A DNA stretch of 64,000 nucleotides from an uncultured Clostridia bacterium (GTDB lineage: Bacteria > Bacillota > Clostridia > TANB77 > CAG-508). The stretch covers positions 7,620 to 71,619 of the forward strand of contig CANQSV010000002.1 of the NCBI GenBank assembly GCA_947626605.1, written 5' to 3'. The position numbers and the translations under genes were made by a program. Shown piece after piece: positions 46,918-57,158 of this stretch. Positions within the stretch are counted from its first letter, which is position 1. Each line of letters opens with the position of its first letter. The notes below the pieces were generated by a model. That model searched no databases and was not told the origin of the DNA. It worked only from the letters and a program-made list of their open reading frames with translations.

Positions 46918-47670
46918 TTATTTATTATAATTTACTATTTTACTAAATTCTTCTGCTTTTAGGCTTGCACCACCAACTAATCCTCCATCTATGTCTGATG
47001 TTGTAAATAATTCTTTTGCACTAGTTGATTTTACACTTCCTCCATACTGTATTATAACACTTTCTGAAACATCCTGTCCATATATAGATTTAATTTCTTC
47101 TCTTATTGCTTTTATGCTATTATTTGCATCTGTTGAAGTTGCTACTTTTCCAGTTCCTATAGCCCAAATTGGTTCATATGCTATTATTGTATTTTTTACT
47201 TGTTCTCCTGTTAAACCATCTAATGCAAGTTTTACTTGATTTGTTATTATTTTATCTGTTATTCCTGCTTCTCTTTGCTCTAAAGATTCTCCAACACAAA
47301 CTATTGGTTTTAAACCGCATTCAAATGCTTTCTTTATTTTTTTATTTACTGTTTCATCAGTTTCATTGAAATATTGTCTTCTTTCTGAATGCCCTATTAT
47401 TACATATTCAACTCCAATTGATTTTAACATCTTTCCTGATATTTCTCCTGTATAAGCTCCTTCATCTTCCCAATGCATATTTTGTGCACCTATCTTTATG
47501 TTTGTTCCTTGAACATTTAGTAAAGCATAAAATAAATCTATATATGGAACACAAAGTATTACCTCATTTTCTGTATCTTTTACTAGTGGAGCAAATTCCT
47601 CTATAAAAGATATTGTATCGTTTGGAAGCATATTCATTTTCCAATTTCCTGCAATTACCTTTCTTCTCAT
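46918..47670 (-). CDS. tpiA: triosephosphate isomerase
   Basis: The start is refined to ATG 47670 ([13 protein letters not shown]), with AAAGGGGA upstream. Contains IGHSERR and [11 protein letters not shown]. Confidence 0.95.
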   Translation of the reverse strand: MRRKVIAGNWKMNMLPNDTISFIEEFAPLVKDTENEVILCVPYIDLFYALLNVQGTNIKIGAQNMHWEDEGAYTGEISGKMLKSIGVEYVIIGHSERRQYFNETDETVNKKIKKAFECGLKPIVCVGESLEQREAGITDKIITNQVKLALDGLTGEQVKNTIIAYEPIWAIGTGKVATSTDANNSIKAIREEIKSIYGQDVSESVIIQYGGSVKSTSAKELFTTSDIDGGLVGGASLKAEEFSKIVNYNK

Positions 47671-47674
47671 TTTA

Positions 47675-48250
47675 TTATCCCCTTTCAATTAACTTTCTAT
47701 TTTCTATTTTATTTTTTATATATTCAATGAGTTCTTTCCTTGATTTATTTGTATAATCATTTAGGAATATATAATCATATTTTAATTGTAATTCTCTATC
47801 ATTGTCAAATATTTCTATCTGTTTTTCCATTTCTTTTATTCTATCTTCTATAACATCTTCAGATAATTTTCTTTTTCTTAATTTTTTCTTTGAAATTTCA
47901 ATATCTGTTGGTTTTATATATATTGCTAGTAAATCTTTGCATTTTTGTTTAAAATTATCAACCTCTGTAAAATATATTTCTGTTATACCATCTTTTTCTC
48001 CCATTATTTCATTAGTATAATATCCATATTTATTTTTCAAAAATTCAATTGTTAATGTTAGTTGATTATTTTTCTTCATTTTCTCGAAATGTTTTTCAGA
48101 TACAAACCATTTATCTTTTCCATTTTTATCAAAAAATCTTTTTTTTCTTGTTGTAACCATTAATATATTTTTTATTCCTAATTCTTCTGCTATACATCTT
48201 TTTAAGTATGATTTTCCTACTCCAGTTACTCCAGATACTGCTACTATCAT
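47675..48250 (-). CDS. guanylate-kinase-like P-loop kinase (divergent)
   Basis: 191 aa. Walker A GVTGVGKS and a Gmk-like TTRKKR...W-F-VS...F block. The substrate-binding residues are not canonical. Its stop lies 4 nt before the tpiA start. Confidence 0.65.
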   Translation of the reverse strand: MIVAVSGVTGVGKSYLKRCIAEELGIKNILMVTTRKKRFFDKNGKDKWFVSEKHFEKMKKNNQLTLTIEFLKNKYGYYTNEIMGEKDGITEIYFTEVDNFKQKCKDLLAIYIKPTDIEISKKKLRKRKLSEDVIEDRIKEMEKQIEIFDNDRELQLKYDYIFLNDYTNKSRKELIEYIKNKIENRKLIERG

Positions 48251-48266
48251 TTACTACATTCCTTTA

Positions 48267-48842
48267 TTATTTATTTTTGTCTATACATTTTTTATTTTTT
48301 CCTAAACATATTTCTCTTACTTTCTTGAAAATTGGCTCATAATCAAAATTTTTAGGAAATCTTGTTTCTCCTTCTTGTATTTTGATAAAAGCCTCTTCCA
48401 TGTCTATCCATTCTACACAATCTACTTCTGATTTTTGTAATTCTGTTTCTGTAGAATTTCTTAATAAGCAAAAGAATTCCACAAGAAATCTTCTTGATTT
48501 TCCCATACTTTCAAATGTCATTGGAATGGCTTCACTAATTTTTATTATATTAGCTGAAGATTCTTCTATTTTTATTCCAACTTCTTCCTGTAGTTCTCTA
48601 ACAATTGCTTGATATCCTATTTCTGTTCCATCTACATGTCCTGATACTAAATCGTATTGGTTTGGATTCATTCCATTTGCTGTTCTTTTTTCTATCAATA
48701 CCCTATTAGTTTTCTTATCTATAACAAAACATGCTACTCCTTTTAAATAAACATTTGATTTTAGTTTTTCTTCATTCCTAGGCTCTAAAAAACCTAAAGA
48801 TTTTCCATTCTCTTTGTAAGCTTTATATAGTTGCATTAACAC
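48267..48842 (-). CDS. Nudix hydrolase
   Basis: 191 aa. Nudix box GHVDGTEIGYQAIVRELQEEVGI (G-x5-E-x7-REUxEExGU). Confidence 0.8.
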   Translation of the reverse strand: MLMQLYKAYKENGKSLGFLEPRNEEKLKSNVYLKGVACFVIDKKTNRVLIEKRTANGMNPNQYDLVSGHVDGTEIGYQAIVRELQEEVGIKIEESSANIIKISEAIPMTFESMGKSRRFLVEFFCLLRNSTETELQKSEVDCVEWIDMEEAFIKIQEGETRFPKNFDYEPIFKKVREICLGKNKKCIDKNK

Positions 48843-48862
48843 AAGACCTTTCTATCTAGTTC

Positions 48863-49327
48863 TTATTCACGAATTTTTCTTTTCTCTTTCTTCATTTGTT
48901 TATTTTTTAATTTGTTTTGTTTTTTTTCTTGCTTTCTCTTTAATATTTCCTCATATTCGCCCGTTTCCTTCATATGTTCTATCTTCTTTTCTCTAGCAAA
49001 TGGATCTGCAAAAATATAAATTAGAACTATCATTGCTATTTGTATAATTGCAAAGATTCCAACTTCAATGTAGTAGCTAGTATTACTAACTGGTATTTTC
49101 AATTTATCTAATATAAATAAACCGAAAAAAGTTCCTGCTGAAGCTAGACTATAAATAATTATAAATATCAAGCTTATCAACATACTTTTTAAGTTTCTGT
49201 TCTTGACATTTATAATTACTGACGTCAAAAATATTGATATAAAGAAAAACATTATAAATCCGTCTAAAATCCTTATTATAATTTGAATTTTATTTAAACT
49301 TAAATTTCCTAAGATTTCTAATATCAT
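48863..49327 (-). CDS. small polytopic membrane protein with a K/E-rich tail
   Basis: 154 aa. About four hydrophobic helices, then KQEKKQNKLKNKQMKKEKRKIRE. No family was recognised. Confidence 0.6.
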   Translation of the reverse strand: MILEILGNLSLNKIQIIIRILDGFIMFFFISIFLTSVIINVKNRNLKSMLISLIFIIIYSLASAGTFFGLFILDKLKIPVSNTSYYIEVGIFAIIQIAMIVLIYIFADPFAREKKIEHMKETGEYEEILKRKQEKKQNKLKNKQMKKEKRKIRE

Positions 49328-49361
49328 TATTTTACCTCTATTACTATATCTTACTATACTT

Positions 49362-49383
49362 GGGCGAGATTTTTCTCTCGCCC
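49362..49383. repeat. GC-rich stem-loop GGGCGAGA-tttttc-TCTCGCCC
   Basis: Located between pgk and the membrane-protein gene. It belongs to the same GGGCGAG stem family and has no clean U-tract on the transcribed strand. Confidence 0.6.
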
Positions 49384-49426
49384 TTATTAGTACTTATATT
49401 ATTTATTACATTTTTATATTCCATAT

Positions 49427-50611
49427 TTATTTGTTTTGTAAACATTCTATTCCTGGTAATTTTTTTCCTTCTAAGAATTCTAGAGAAGCTCCTCCACCTG
49501 TTGATATATGAGTCATTTTATCTGCTAGTCCAAATTTTTCTACAGCAGCTGCTGAATCTCCTCCACCAATTATAGTTAAAGCATCTGACTCAGCTAGTGT
49601 TTTTGCTATTTCTTTTGTACCAATTGCAAATTGGTCAAATTCAAATAAACCAACTGGTCCATTCCATATAATAGTTTTAGCATTTTTTAGTTCTTCTTTA
49701 TACATTTTAATTGTTTCTTCTCCAATATCGAAACCTTCCCAACCATCTGGGATTTCTGTATATTTAACAGTTTTTGATTCTGTGTCTTTTGAAAATTCTT
49801 TACCTACTTTTGTATCTACAGGTAACAATAGTTTTACTCCTTTTGCTTTAGCCTTCTCCATTGCTTCTCTTGCTAAATCTAGTTTATCTAATTCACATAT
49901 AGAATCTCCAACATTGTATCCCATAGATTTAAAGAATGTATAAGCCATGCCTCCACCAATTATTAATGTATCTACTTTTTCTAGTAGGCTATCTATTACA
50001 CCTATTTTATCTGATACTTTTTTACCACCTAATATTGCTACAAATGGTCTTTCTGGATTTTCTAGAGCTTTTCCCATAAAGTTTAATTCTTTTTCAATTA
50101 GGAATCCTGAAACTGCTGGTAAATAATCTGCTATTCCTGCTGTTGAAGCATGTGCTCTATGTGCTGTTCCAAAAGCATCATTTACAAAAACTTCTGCCAT
50201 TGAAGCTAATTGTTTTGCAAATTCCGGATCATTATCTGTTTCTTCTCTATGGAATCTAACATTTTCTAGAAGAACTACTTCTCCATTTTTCATTTCACTT
50301 GTTAATTTTTTTGCATTTTCTCCAATTACATCAGAAGCTAATTTTACTTCTTTACCTAATAATTTTGATAATTCCTTTGCAACTGGTGCTAAAGAAAATT
50401 CTTTTTTAACTTCTCCCTTTGGTCTTCCTAAGTGTGAAGTTAATATTACTTTTGCATTATTTTCTATTAAATAGTTTATTGTAGGTAATGCGCCTACTAT
50501 TCTTCTATTATCTGTGATATTACCGTTTTCATCTTGTGGAACGTTAAAATCACATCTAACTAGTACTTTTTTTCCATTTACATCAATGTCTCTAACTGTT
50601 TTTTTATTCAT
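49427..50611 (-). CDS. pgk: phosphoglycerate kinase
   Basis: 394 aa. Has the RCDFNVP N-terminus and [14 protein letters not shown] near the C-terminus. Confidence 0.97.
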   Translation of the reverse strand: MNKKTVRDIDVNGKKVLVRCDFNVPQDENGNITDNRRIVGALPTINYLIENNAKVILTSHLGRPKGEVKKEFSLAPVAKELSKLLGKEVKLASDVIGENAKKLTSEMKNGEVVLLENVRFHREETDNDPEFAKQLASMAEVFVNDAFGTAHRAHASTAGIADYLPAVSGFLIEKELNFMGKALENPERPFVAILGGKKVSDKIGVIDSLLEKVDTLIIGGGMAYTFFKSMGYNVGDSICELDKLDLAREAMEKAKAKGVKLLLPVDTKVGKEFSKDTESKTVKYTEIPDGWEGFDIGEETIKMYKEELKNAKTIIWNGPVGLFEFDQFAIGTKEIAKTLAESDALTIIGGGDSAAAVEKFGLADKMTHISTGGGASLEFLEGKKLPGIECLQNK

Positions 50612-50663
50612 GGTCTTGTTTCCTTTCTATTTTTGTTATTATTAAAAATAACTTTTTTTATTA

Positions 50664-50690
50664 CGGGCGAGCACTGCTCGCCACTACATA
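50664..50690. repeat. 27-nt GC-rich stem-loop motif, copy 2 (CGGGCGAGCACTGCTCGCCACTACATA)
   Basis: Lies in the gap-pgk spacer, downstream of the gap terminator. It matches 9370-9396 at 24 of 27 positions and includes a compensatory pair. Confidence 0.8.
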
Positions 50691-50733
50691 ATTCAATTAT
50701 TAATTATTCACTATTCATTTTTCATTAATATAT

Positions 50734-50765
50734 AGAAAAAGGTCCAGTCCTTTTTAGACCGGACC
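50734..50765 (-). terminator. intrinsic terminator after gap
   Basis: GGTCCGGTC...GACTGGACC hairpin (one mismatch), followed on the minus strand by TTTTTCT. Confidence 0.7.
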
Positions 50766-50810
50766 TCATAGGTCTTTTTTTATATTGTAGGAAATCTTAG
50801 TTCCGATTTT

Positions 50811-51827
50811 TTATCCTAATTCTGCAAAATATTTAATAGTTCTAACCATTTGGCTTGTATATGAATTTTCATTGTCATACCAAGCAACAACTTGTACTTG
50901 ATATAAATCTTCATCTATTTTTGTAACCATTGTTTGAGTACTATCAAATAATGATCCATATGTTATTCCTATTATATCTGATGAAACTAATGGCTCATCT
51001 GTGTATCCAAATGATGCACTTGTTTGAGCTTTCATTGCTGCGTTTATAGAATCTACTGTTACATCTTTTCCTCTTACTACTGCTGTTAATATTGTAGTTG
51101 ATCCTGTTGGAACTGGAACTCTTTGTGCTGAACCAATTAATTTTCCATTTAATTCTGGAATAACTAGTCCAATTGCTTTAGCTGCTCCTGTTGAGTTTGG
51201 AACTATGTTTACTGCTGCTGCACGTGCTCTTCTTAAATCACCTTTTCTGTGTGGTCCATCTAGTAGCATTTGATCTCCTGTATAAGCATGTATTGTTGAC
51301 ATTATACCTGCTTGAATTGGTGCATAGTCATTTAATGCTTTTGCCATTGGTGCCAAACAGTTTGTTGTACATGATGCTGCTGATATTATTTGGTCTTCAG
51401 CTTTTAATATATTTTCATTTACACCAAATACAACTGTTGGTAAATCATTACCTGCTGGTGCTGATATAACAACTTTTTTAGCTCCTGCATCTATATGAGC
51501 TTTTGCTTTTTCTTTTGTTGTATAAAAGCCTGTACATTCTAGTACTACGTCAACACCAATTTCTCCCCATGGAAGTTCAGCTGCATTTGCCATAGCATAT
51601 ATTTTTATTTTTTTTCCATCAACTGTTATAGAATCTTCTCCAGCAGAAACTGTATCTGCCTTTGCATATCTACCTTGTGCTGAATCATATTTTAATAAAT
51701 GAGCTAACATTTTAGGACTTGTTAAATCGTTGATTGCAACTATTTCATATCCTTCCGCTCCAAACATTTGTCTAAATGCAAGACGTCCTATACGTCCAAA
51801 ACCATTAATCGCAACTTTTACTGCCAT
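50811..51827 (-). CDS. gap: glyceraldehyde-3-phosphate dehydrogenase
   Basis: The start is refined to ATG 51827 ([15 protein letters not shown]), with GGAGG 8 nt upstream. Active-site motif SCTTNCLAP. Confidence 0.97.
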   Translation of the reverse strand: MAVKVAINGFGRIGRLAFRQMFGAEGYEIVAINDLTSPKMLAHLLKYDSAQGRYAKADTVSAGEDSITVDGKKIKIYAMANAAELPWGEIGVDVVLECTGFYTTKEKAKAHIDAGAKKVVISAPAGNDLPTVVFGVNENILKAEDQIISAASCTTNCLAPMAKALNDYAPIQAGIMSTIHAYTGDQMLLDGPHRKGDLRRARAAAVNIVPNSTGAAKAIGLVIPELNGKLIGSAQRVPVPTGSTTILTAVVRGKDVTVDSINAAMKAQTSASFGYTDEPLVSSDIIGITYGSLFDSTQTMVTKIDEDLYQVQVVAWYDNENSYTSQMVRTIKYFAELG

Positions 51828-51904
51828 ATCATAATCCTCCAATTCCGATACTTTTTTGGTATCTGTAAAATTTAGTCTTATTTAAAAACCGATATAATTC
51901 TATA

Positions 51905-51933
51905 ACAAAACAGAACACTTTTCAAGTGTTCTG
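51905..51933 (-). terminator. intrinsic terminator after ruvB
   Basis: CAGAACACTT/AAGTGTTCTG hairpin, followed on the minus strand by TTTTGTT. Confidence 0.7.
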
Positions 51934-51962
51934 AATATTTTTTTAGTACATTTTATATTTAA

Positions 51963-52970
51963 TTATTCCTCATTATATTCTATTCCTAAATGTTGATAGG
52001 CAGGTTTCAAAACAACTCTTCCTCTTAAAGTTCTTGATAAGAATCCTATTTGTATTAAATATGGTTCATAAACATCTTCTATTGTATCTGGCTCTTCGCC
52101 TATTGTTGTTGCAATTGTTTCTATTCCTACTGGTCCGCCTTTAAAATTGAATATCATTGTTTCTAACATTTTTCTATCTATTTCGTCTAAACCTAATTCA
52201 TCTATTTCCAATCTATTTAGTGCAGTTTTTGCAATTTTTAATGTTATATCTCCATCTCCTAAAACTTGTGCATAATCTATAACTCTTTTTAAGATTCTAT
52301 TTGCTATTCTAGGAGTTCCTCGTGATCTTCTTGCAATTTCCAAGGCTGCCTTATCTTCTATTTTACAACCTAATATTATACTAGAACGTTTTACGATTAT
52401 TTCTAGTTGTTCAACTGTATATAATTCTAATCTATTTACTATTCCGAATCTGTCTCTTAATGGTGTTGTAAGCATTCCTGCTTTTGTAGTTGCTCCAATA
52501 AGAGTAAATTTTGGTAAATCTAATCTTATAGATTTTGCTGTTGGTCCTTTTCCTATCATTATATCTAAAGAAAAATCTTCTAATGCTGGATATAATATTT
52601 CTTCTACATTTCTATTTAATCTATGAATTTCATCAATAAACAAAACATCATTTTCTGATAAATTGGTAAGTATTGATGCTAAATCTCCTGGCTTTTCTAT
52701 TGCAGGTCCTGATGTAATTTTTATGTTTGATTCCATCTCGTTTGCAATTATGTTTGATAAAGTTGTTTTTCCAAGTCCTGGAGGTCCATATAGCAAAACA
52801 TGATCTAGTGCCTCTCCTCTTTTTTTAGCAGCTTCTATATATATTTTCATATTTTCTTTTACTTTATCTTGACCTATGTATTCATCCAGTTTTTGTGGTC
52901 TTAATGATTTTTCTATGTTTTCTTCCTCAAAATCCTCAAGATTAGGATTTATTATTTTATTCTCGTCCAT
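51963..52970 (-). CDS. ruvB: Holliday junction branch migration ATPase RuvB
   Basis: 335 aa. Walker [10 protein letters not shown], Walker B FIDEIHR, and the sensor and arginine-finger regions. No ruvA is adjacent. Confidence 0.95.
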   Translation of the reverse strand: MDENKIINPNLEDFEEENIEKSLRPQKLDEYIGQDKVKENMKIYIEAAKKRGEALDHVLLYGPPGLGKTTLSNIIANEMESNIKITSGPAIEKPGDLASILTNLSENDVLFIDEIHRLNRNVEEILYPALEDFSLDIMIGKGPTAKSIRLDLPKFTLIGATTKAGMLTTPLRDRFGIVNRLELYTVEQLEIIVKRSSIILGCKIEDKAALEIARRSRGTPRIANRILKRVIDYAQVLGDGDITLKIAKTALNRLEIDELGLDEIDRKMLETMIFNFKGGPVGIETIATTIGEEPDTIEDVYEPYLIQIGFLSRTLRGRVVLKPAYQHLGIEYNEE

Positions 52971-53053
52971 AAATACCTCATTTCTTATATGGAATTATAT
53001 ATAAAAAAATTTGTTTGTGCAACTATTATTGCAATTAATTTGATATATATTTG

Positions 53054-53079
53054 AAAAGGCGACCATTAGTCGCCTTTTT
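53054..53079. terminator. bidirectional GC-hairpin terminator
   Basis: AAAA-GGCGAC-catta-GTCGCC-TTTTT. Confidence 0.85.
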
Positions 53080-53087
53080 ATTATTTA

Positions 53088-54857
53088 TTATTCTAATATT
53101 GCTTTTATTCTTCTAACTCCTGCAGAACTTGCTTCTTCTTTCTTTATTTTGAATTTTCCAAGTTCACTTGTATTAGATACATGAGGTCCTCCACAAATTT
53201 CCAAAGATACATCTCCAATTTTATAAACAGATACTATATCTCCGTATTTTTCAATAAACATTGCCTCTGCTCCCATTGCAATAGCTTCTTCTTTTTTCAT
53301 TTCTAGCTTTTCTACAGGTATTGCCATTTCTATATATTTATTAACTAATTCCTCTACTTGTTTTTTCTCTTCGTCTGTCATTTTTGCATCATGTGAAAAA
53401 TCGAATCTCATTCTTTCTGCAGTAATGTTGCTTCCTTTTTGATGTACATGTGGTCCTAATACTTTTTTTAATGCTGCATTCATTAAATGTGTTGCTGTAT
53501 GATATTTAGTTTCCATTTCTCCTGTTGAAGCTAATCCACCTTTAAATTTTTGTACTGAACCTGCTCTTGATTTTTCTTGATGTTCTTCGAACTTTTTCTT
53601 AAAGCCTTCCATATCTACTTTTAGATTTGCCTCTTTTGCCAATTCTTCAGTTAACTCTATTGGGAATCCATATGTATCATATAATTTAAATGCTATATCT
53701 CTGTTTATAGTATCTTCCCCGTTTAGATTTTTAACAGCTTTTTCAAATTCTCTTAAGCCTTTTTCTAGAGTTCTATTAAATTTAACTTTTTCGTTTTTTA
53801 AGACTTCTAATATTGTTGTTTTATTTGCTTCTAGTTCTTTATAAAAGCTTGAATATTGTTTAATTATTATTTCTGCAATTTCTTGCTCCCAATTACTATT
53901 TATATCTATATTTAAATCTCTAGCATATCTAATTGTTCTTCTTATTAATCTTCTTAGAACATACCCTTGATCTGTATTTGATGGTTTTATTCCAGCATTA
54001 TCTCCACTTATTATTACTATAGCTCTCATATGATCTGCTATTATTCTCATGCTTTTTGTATATTTTTCATCATCATAAGAAAGTTTAGAAACTTCTTCTA
54101 TTTTCTTTATAACATCTTTCCATATTGATGCTTTATAATTATCTGTAACTCCTTCTAGAACAGCTGTAACTCTTTCTACTCCCATTCCTGTATCTACATT
54201 TTTATTTTTTAGTGGTTCGAAAGTTCCATCTTCTTTATGATTATATTGCATAAATACATTGTTCCATATTTCAACCCAATTATCATTTTCTGGATCAAAT
54301 ACATTTGGAATAGCTTCTTCACTTCTCCAATAAAAGATTTCTGTATCTGGTCCACATGGTCCTGTAAGTTCCATATTAGGCCACCAGTTGTCTTCTTCTG
54401 TATATGCAATTCTTTCTTGTGGTATTCCCAAAGATTTCCAAATTTCTGCAGCTTCGTTATCGGCATCTACAATATTATTTCCTTTAAATACTGTTACCGC
54501 TAATCTTTCTACTGGTATATTTAAATATTTTGTCAATAATTCAAAGCTCCAAGTAATAGATTCTTTTTTAAAGTAATCTCCTAAAGACCAATTTCCCAAC
54601 ATTTCAAAAAATGTATGATGAGTTTTATCTCCTATTTCATCTAAATCGTTCGTTCTAAAACATTTTTGAACATCTGCAAGACGTGTTCCTTCTGGATGCT
54701 TTTGTCCTTTTAAATATGGTACTAATGGTTGCATTCCAGCTGTATTAAATAAGCATGTTGGGTCATTTTCTGGAATTACTGGTGCACTTGGTATGATTTT
54801 ATGTCCTTTGCTTTCAAAAAATTTTAAATATGTATTTTTTAAATCTATACTACTCAT
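53088..54857 (-). CDS. alaS: short alanine--tRNA ligase-like protein
   Basis: 589 aa. It has the class II AlaRS motifs (FNTAGMQP, HHTFFEMLGNWS, GPCGPDTEIF, VDTGMGVERV) and the editing-core HxxxH (HTATHLM) and CGGPH. It lacks the segment between them and everything after the editing core (C-Ala), compared with canonical ~870-aa enzymes. Confidence 0.8.
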   Translation of the reverse strand: MSSIDLKNTYLKFFESKGHKIIPSAPVIPENDPTCLFNTAGMQPLVPYLKGQKHPEGTRLADVQKCFRTNDLDEIGDKTHHTFFEMLGNWSLGDYFKKESITWSFELLTKYLNIPVERLAVTVFKGNNIVDADNEAAEIWKSLGIPQERIAYTEEDNWWPNMELTGPCGPDTEIFYWRSEEAIPNVFDPENDNWVEIWNNVFMQYNHKEDGTFEPLKNKNVDTGMGVERVTAVLEGVTDNYKASIWKDVIKKIEEVSKLSYDDEKYTKSMRIIADHMRAIVIISGDNAGIKPSNTDQGYVLRRLIRRTIRYARDLNIDINSNWEQEIAEIIIKQYSSFYKELEANKTTILEVLKNEKVKFNRTLEKGLREFEKAVKNLNGEDTINRDIAFKLYDTYGFPIELTEELAKEANLKVDMEGFKKKFEEHQEKSRAGSVQKFKGGLASTGEMETKYHTATHLMNAALKKVLGPHVHQKGSNITAERMRFDFSHDAKMTDEEKKQVEELVNKYIEMAIPVEKLEMKKEEAIAMGAEAMFIEKYGDIVSVYKIGDVSLEICGGPHVSNTSELGKFKIKKEEASSAGVRRIKAILE

Positions 54858-54950
54858 AAAAAACTGCTCCTTTTGTTTCTTCTTTAATGTGCATAATTAT
54901 ATTACAAAATACTGTAAAAATCAAGCACTTAGCTTTTTAATAAGTTAATG

Positions 54951-55931
54951 TTATTTAGCATTCTGCATATATATTTGTTGACCTTTTATTAAATCATAGC
55001 TTACTAATTCTGTTCCATCTAAATTTTCATTATGCATATCAACACCTGTAACTTGTCCATTTTCATAAGTTGTATAATAATATATACCTTTATCCATATT
55101 ACAGCAAGAACTATAAATAGTTATTTCATATTGATTATTTCCCATATGAACACATCCTCTTTGTTGATCAACAGAACCTAGTATATGGAAAAATTGACTA
55201 ATGCTTTCTGATTCAGAATCTCCAGAAATAGAATTCATTTTTACAAATGCTGCTTTTACAAATCTTGAAGCAGATGATAAATCCCCTGGCAAACCTAAGC
55301 CTCCCATTCCACGACTATATGTGTCTAAATTTAATTTTTTTGAAAAATTATTTTCTGGCTGTTCTGTAGATAATCCCATATAGTTATTTAAATTAAACAT
55401 ATGTATATCAAATGTAGGATTATTAGTAAGAACTCCTAATGGATTGTCATATATTTTCAAACCATCTTTTACACTCTCTACAGTTATGGATGCTTCTTTA
55501 TCTGAAATTATCCAATGCAATGGAGATGCTGGTAATTCATCACTAAAGTTTATTTTTGCAATATTTATTTTGCTTAATAATTTTTTTGCCTCCTCTAAAT
55601 TTGCACATTGAGATAAAACCCAAGGAATGAATTCAAATGGTGCAACATTATCTACTCCTTCTTTTTCTTCTTTGTAATCTGCATTAGTTGGGAAATTTAA
55701 ACCTGCCATTCCCAAACCTTTTTCATTTATTGCATCATAGTAAAGTGGATATTCGTTTGCTACATATGCCATACCAATTATCGCATAATGATTTTCTATA
55801 TTATTCAATTTTCTGAATTTAAAATTGTAATTACGCGGAGTAATTGTTACTGTCTCCTTATATGAATATTCCAAATCTAAATTTCTTCCAAAATAATGGT
55901 CCTTTGTGCTGTATGTTACTGCTGTACACAT
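54951..55931 (-). CDS. choloylglycine hydrolase family protein (bile salt hydrolase / penicillin V acylase type Ntn hydrolase)
   Basis: 326 aa starting MCTA (Cys2 nucleophile), with FGRNLD and NEKGL blocks. Confidence 0.85.
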   Translation of the reverse strand: MCTAVTYSTKDHYFGRNLDLEYSYKETVTITPRNYNFKFRKLNNIENHYAIIGMAYVANEYPLYYDAINEKGLGMAGLNFPTNADYKEEKEGVDNVAPFEFIPWVLSQCANLEEAKKLLSKINIAKINFSDELPASPLHWIISDKEASITVESVKDGLKIYDNPLGVLTNNPTFDIHMFNLNNYMGLSTEQPENNFSKKLNLDTYSRGMGGLGLPGDLSSASRFVKAAFVKMNSISGDSESESISQFFHILGSVDQQRGCVHMGNNQYEITIYSSCCNMDKGIYYYTTYENGQVTGVDMHNENLDGTELVSYDLIKGQQIYMQNAK

Positions 55932-56048
55932 GTTTATCCCTTCCCTTCATAATAATCAAATTTATATATATAGCATATTATCACAGTATAACAAAAAAAG
56001 AAATACCTGGTTCTAAAAAAAGCGATACATTTAAGTATCGCTTCTTTT

Positions 56049-56124
56049 TGGTGGCTTCACCTGGAATCGAACCAGGGACACAGGGATTTTCAGTCCCTTG
56101 CTCTACCGACTGAGCTATAAAGCC
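56049..56124 (-). tRNA. tRNA-Phe (GAA)
   Basis: Hand-folded: GGCTTTA acceptor, anticodon arm AGGGA-CTGAAAA-TCCCT, T-loop TTCGATT, and an encoded CCA. Confidence 0.95.
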
Positions 56125-56146
56125 AGATTATTATAAATAAAAAAAA

Positions 56147-56223
56147 TGGCGACCTGGAACGGGCTCGAACCGTCGACCTCTAGCGTGACAGGCTAGCGTT
56201 CTAACCAACTGAACTACCAGGCC
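56147..56223 (-). tRNA. tRNA-Asp (GUC)
   Basis: Hand-folded: anticodon arm CTAGC-CTGTCAC-GCTAG, T-loop TTCGAGC, and an encoded CCA. Confidence 0.95.
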
Positions 56224-56233
56224 GTAAAAAAAA

Positions 56234-56309
56234 TGGTGGGCGCAATAGGGCTCGAACCTATGACCTCCTGCTTGTAAGGCAGATGCTCTCCCAGCTGAGC
56301 TATGCGCCC
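56234..56309 (-). tRNA. tRNA-Val (UAC)
   Basis: Hand-folded: GGGCGCA acceptor, anticodon loop CTTACAA, T-loop TTCGAGC, and an encoded CCA. Confidence 0.95.
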
Positions 56310-56329
56310 ATTTCCTTTCGGCAAGAATT

Positions 56330-56358
56330 AGTATACTAGAATTTTTATAATCTGTCAA
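56330..56358 (-). promoter_or_regulatory. promoter of the tRNA-Val-Asp-Phe operon (TTGACA-17-TATACT)
   Basis: Reverse strand reads TTGACAgattataaaaattctagTATACT, ending about 20 nt before the 5' end of tRNA-Val. Confidence 0.65.
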
Positions 56359-56626
56359 TAGAATTTTTAGTTTTTTTATATTTTTTTTATTTTATACACA
56401 TTATTCTTTGAATATTTTAGAATATACTATAATAAATCAACCATAAATTTTTTCCAATATTGCTATTGCTCTTTCTAAATTTTGTGATGTGTGAATAACA
56501 GAAACTATATTTCAACAAAGTATTATACTATACATATTGTCGTGTATCAACGCTTTCATCATGTTTTAGTTCACTTAAAACAAAAACCTAGATTACTTAT
56601 ATTAAGCTTTCTAGGATTTTTTATTT

Positions 56627-56701
56627 TGGTGACCCCTACGGGAATCGAACCCATGATTCCACCTTGAGAGGGTGGCGTCTTAACCGCTTGACCAAGGGGC
56701 C
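56627..56701 (-). tRNA. tRNA-Glu (CUC)
   Basis: Hand-folded: GGCCCCT acceptor, anticodon arm CCACC-CTCTCAA-GGTGG, T-loop TTCGATT, and an encoded CCA. A bidirectional hairpin lies just downstream (56588-56620). Confidence 0.9.
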
Positions 56702-56748
56702 TTTTATTCTGTATGCTTGTCTATAATACCATATCTTCAACCTCTGTG

Positions 56749-57147
56749 TCAAATATTTTCAATACATTTTTTTAAAATTTCATATAATCTCTCATTTTGT
56801 TTAGTTAAATACAAATAGCCTATTAGTCCTTCAAAAGCTGTTGAATACATATATTCTTGTACATCCGCATTTTTAGGCAAATGATGATTTTGAGCATTTC
56901 TTCCTCTTCTAACTATTTCTTTTTCCTCATCTGTTAAACAAGTTTCTAATTCTTTTAAAATATTTGCTTGTGCTCGTGCTTTTACATATTTTATTGATTC
57001 TATATGTAGTTTATGTGGTTTGTAATCTGTTTTTTCTACTAAATTTGATCTAACATATAATTCATATACAGCATCACCTATATAAGCCCATACTAATGGT
57101 GACATTTGGTTTACTTCATCTGCTTCTTTTTTTAATATTTCTTCCAA
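56749..57147 (-). CDS. mrnC: mini-ribonuclease 3
   Basis: 132 aa. LVWAYIGDAVYELYVR signature and GRN...HLPKNA. Confidence 0.85.
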   Translation of the reverse strand: MEEILKKEADEVNQMSPLVWAYIGDAVYELYVRSNLVEKTDYKPHKLHIESIKYVKARAQANILKELETCLTDEEKEIVRRGRNAQNHHLPKNADVQEYMYSTAFEGLIGYLYLTKQNERLYEILKKCIENI

Positions 57148-57158
57148 TATGCTTCCTC

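Noticed and set aside
55844-56358. ORFs at 55844-56113 (+) and 56131-56358 (-), and similarly 37421-37645 (+).
   Set aside because: They run through tRNA genes (Phe/Asp/Val and Gln), and their open frames are a by-product of GC-rich tRNA sequence.
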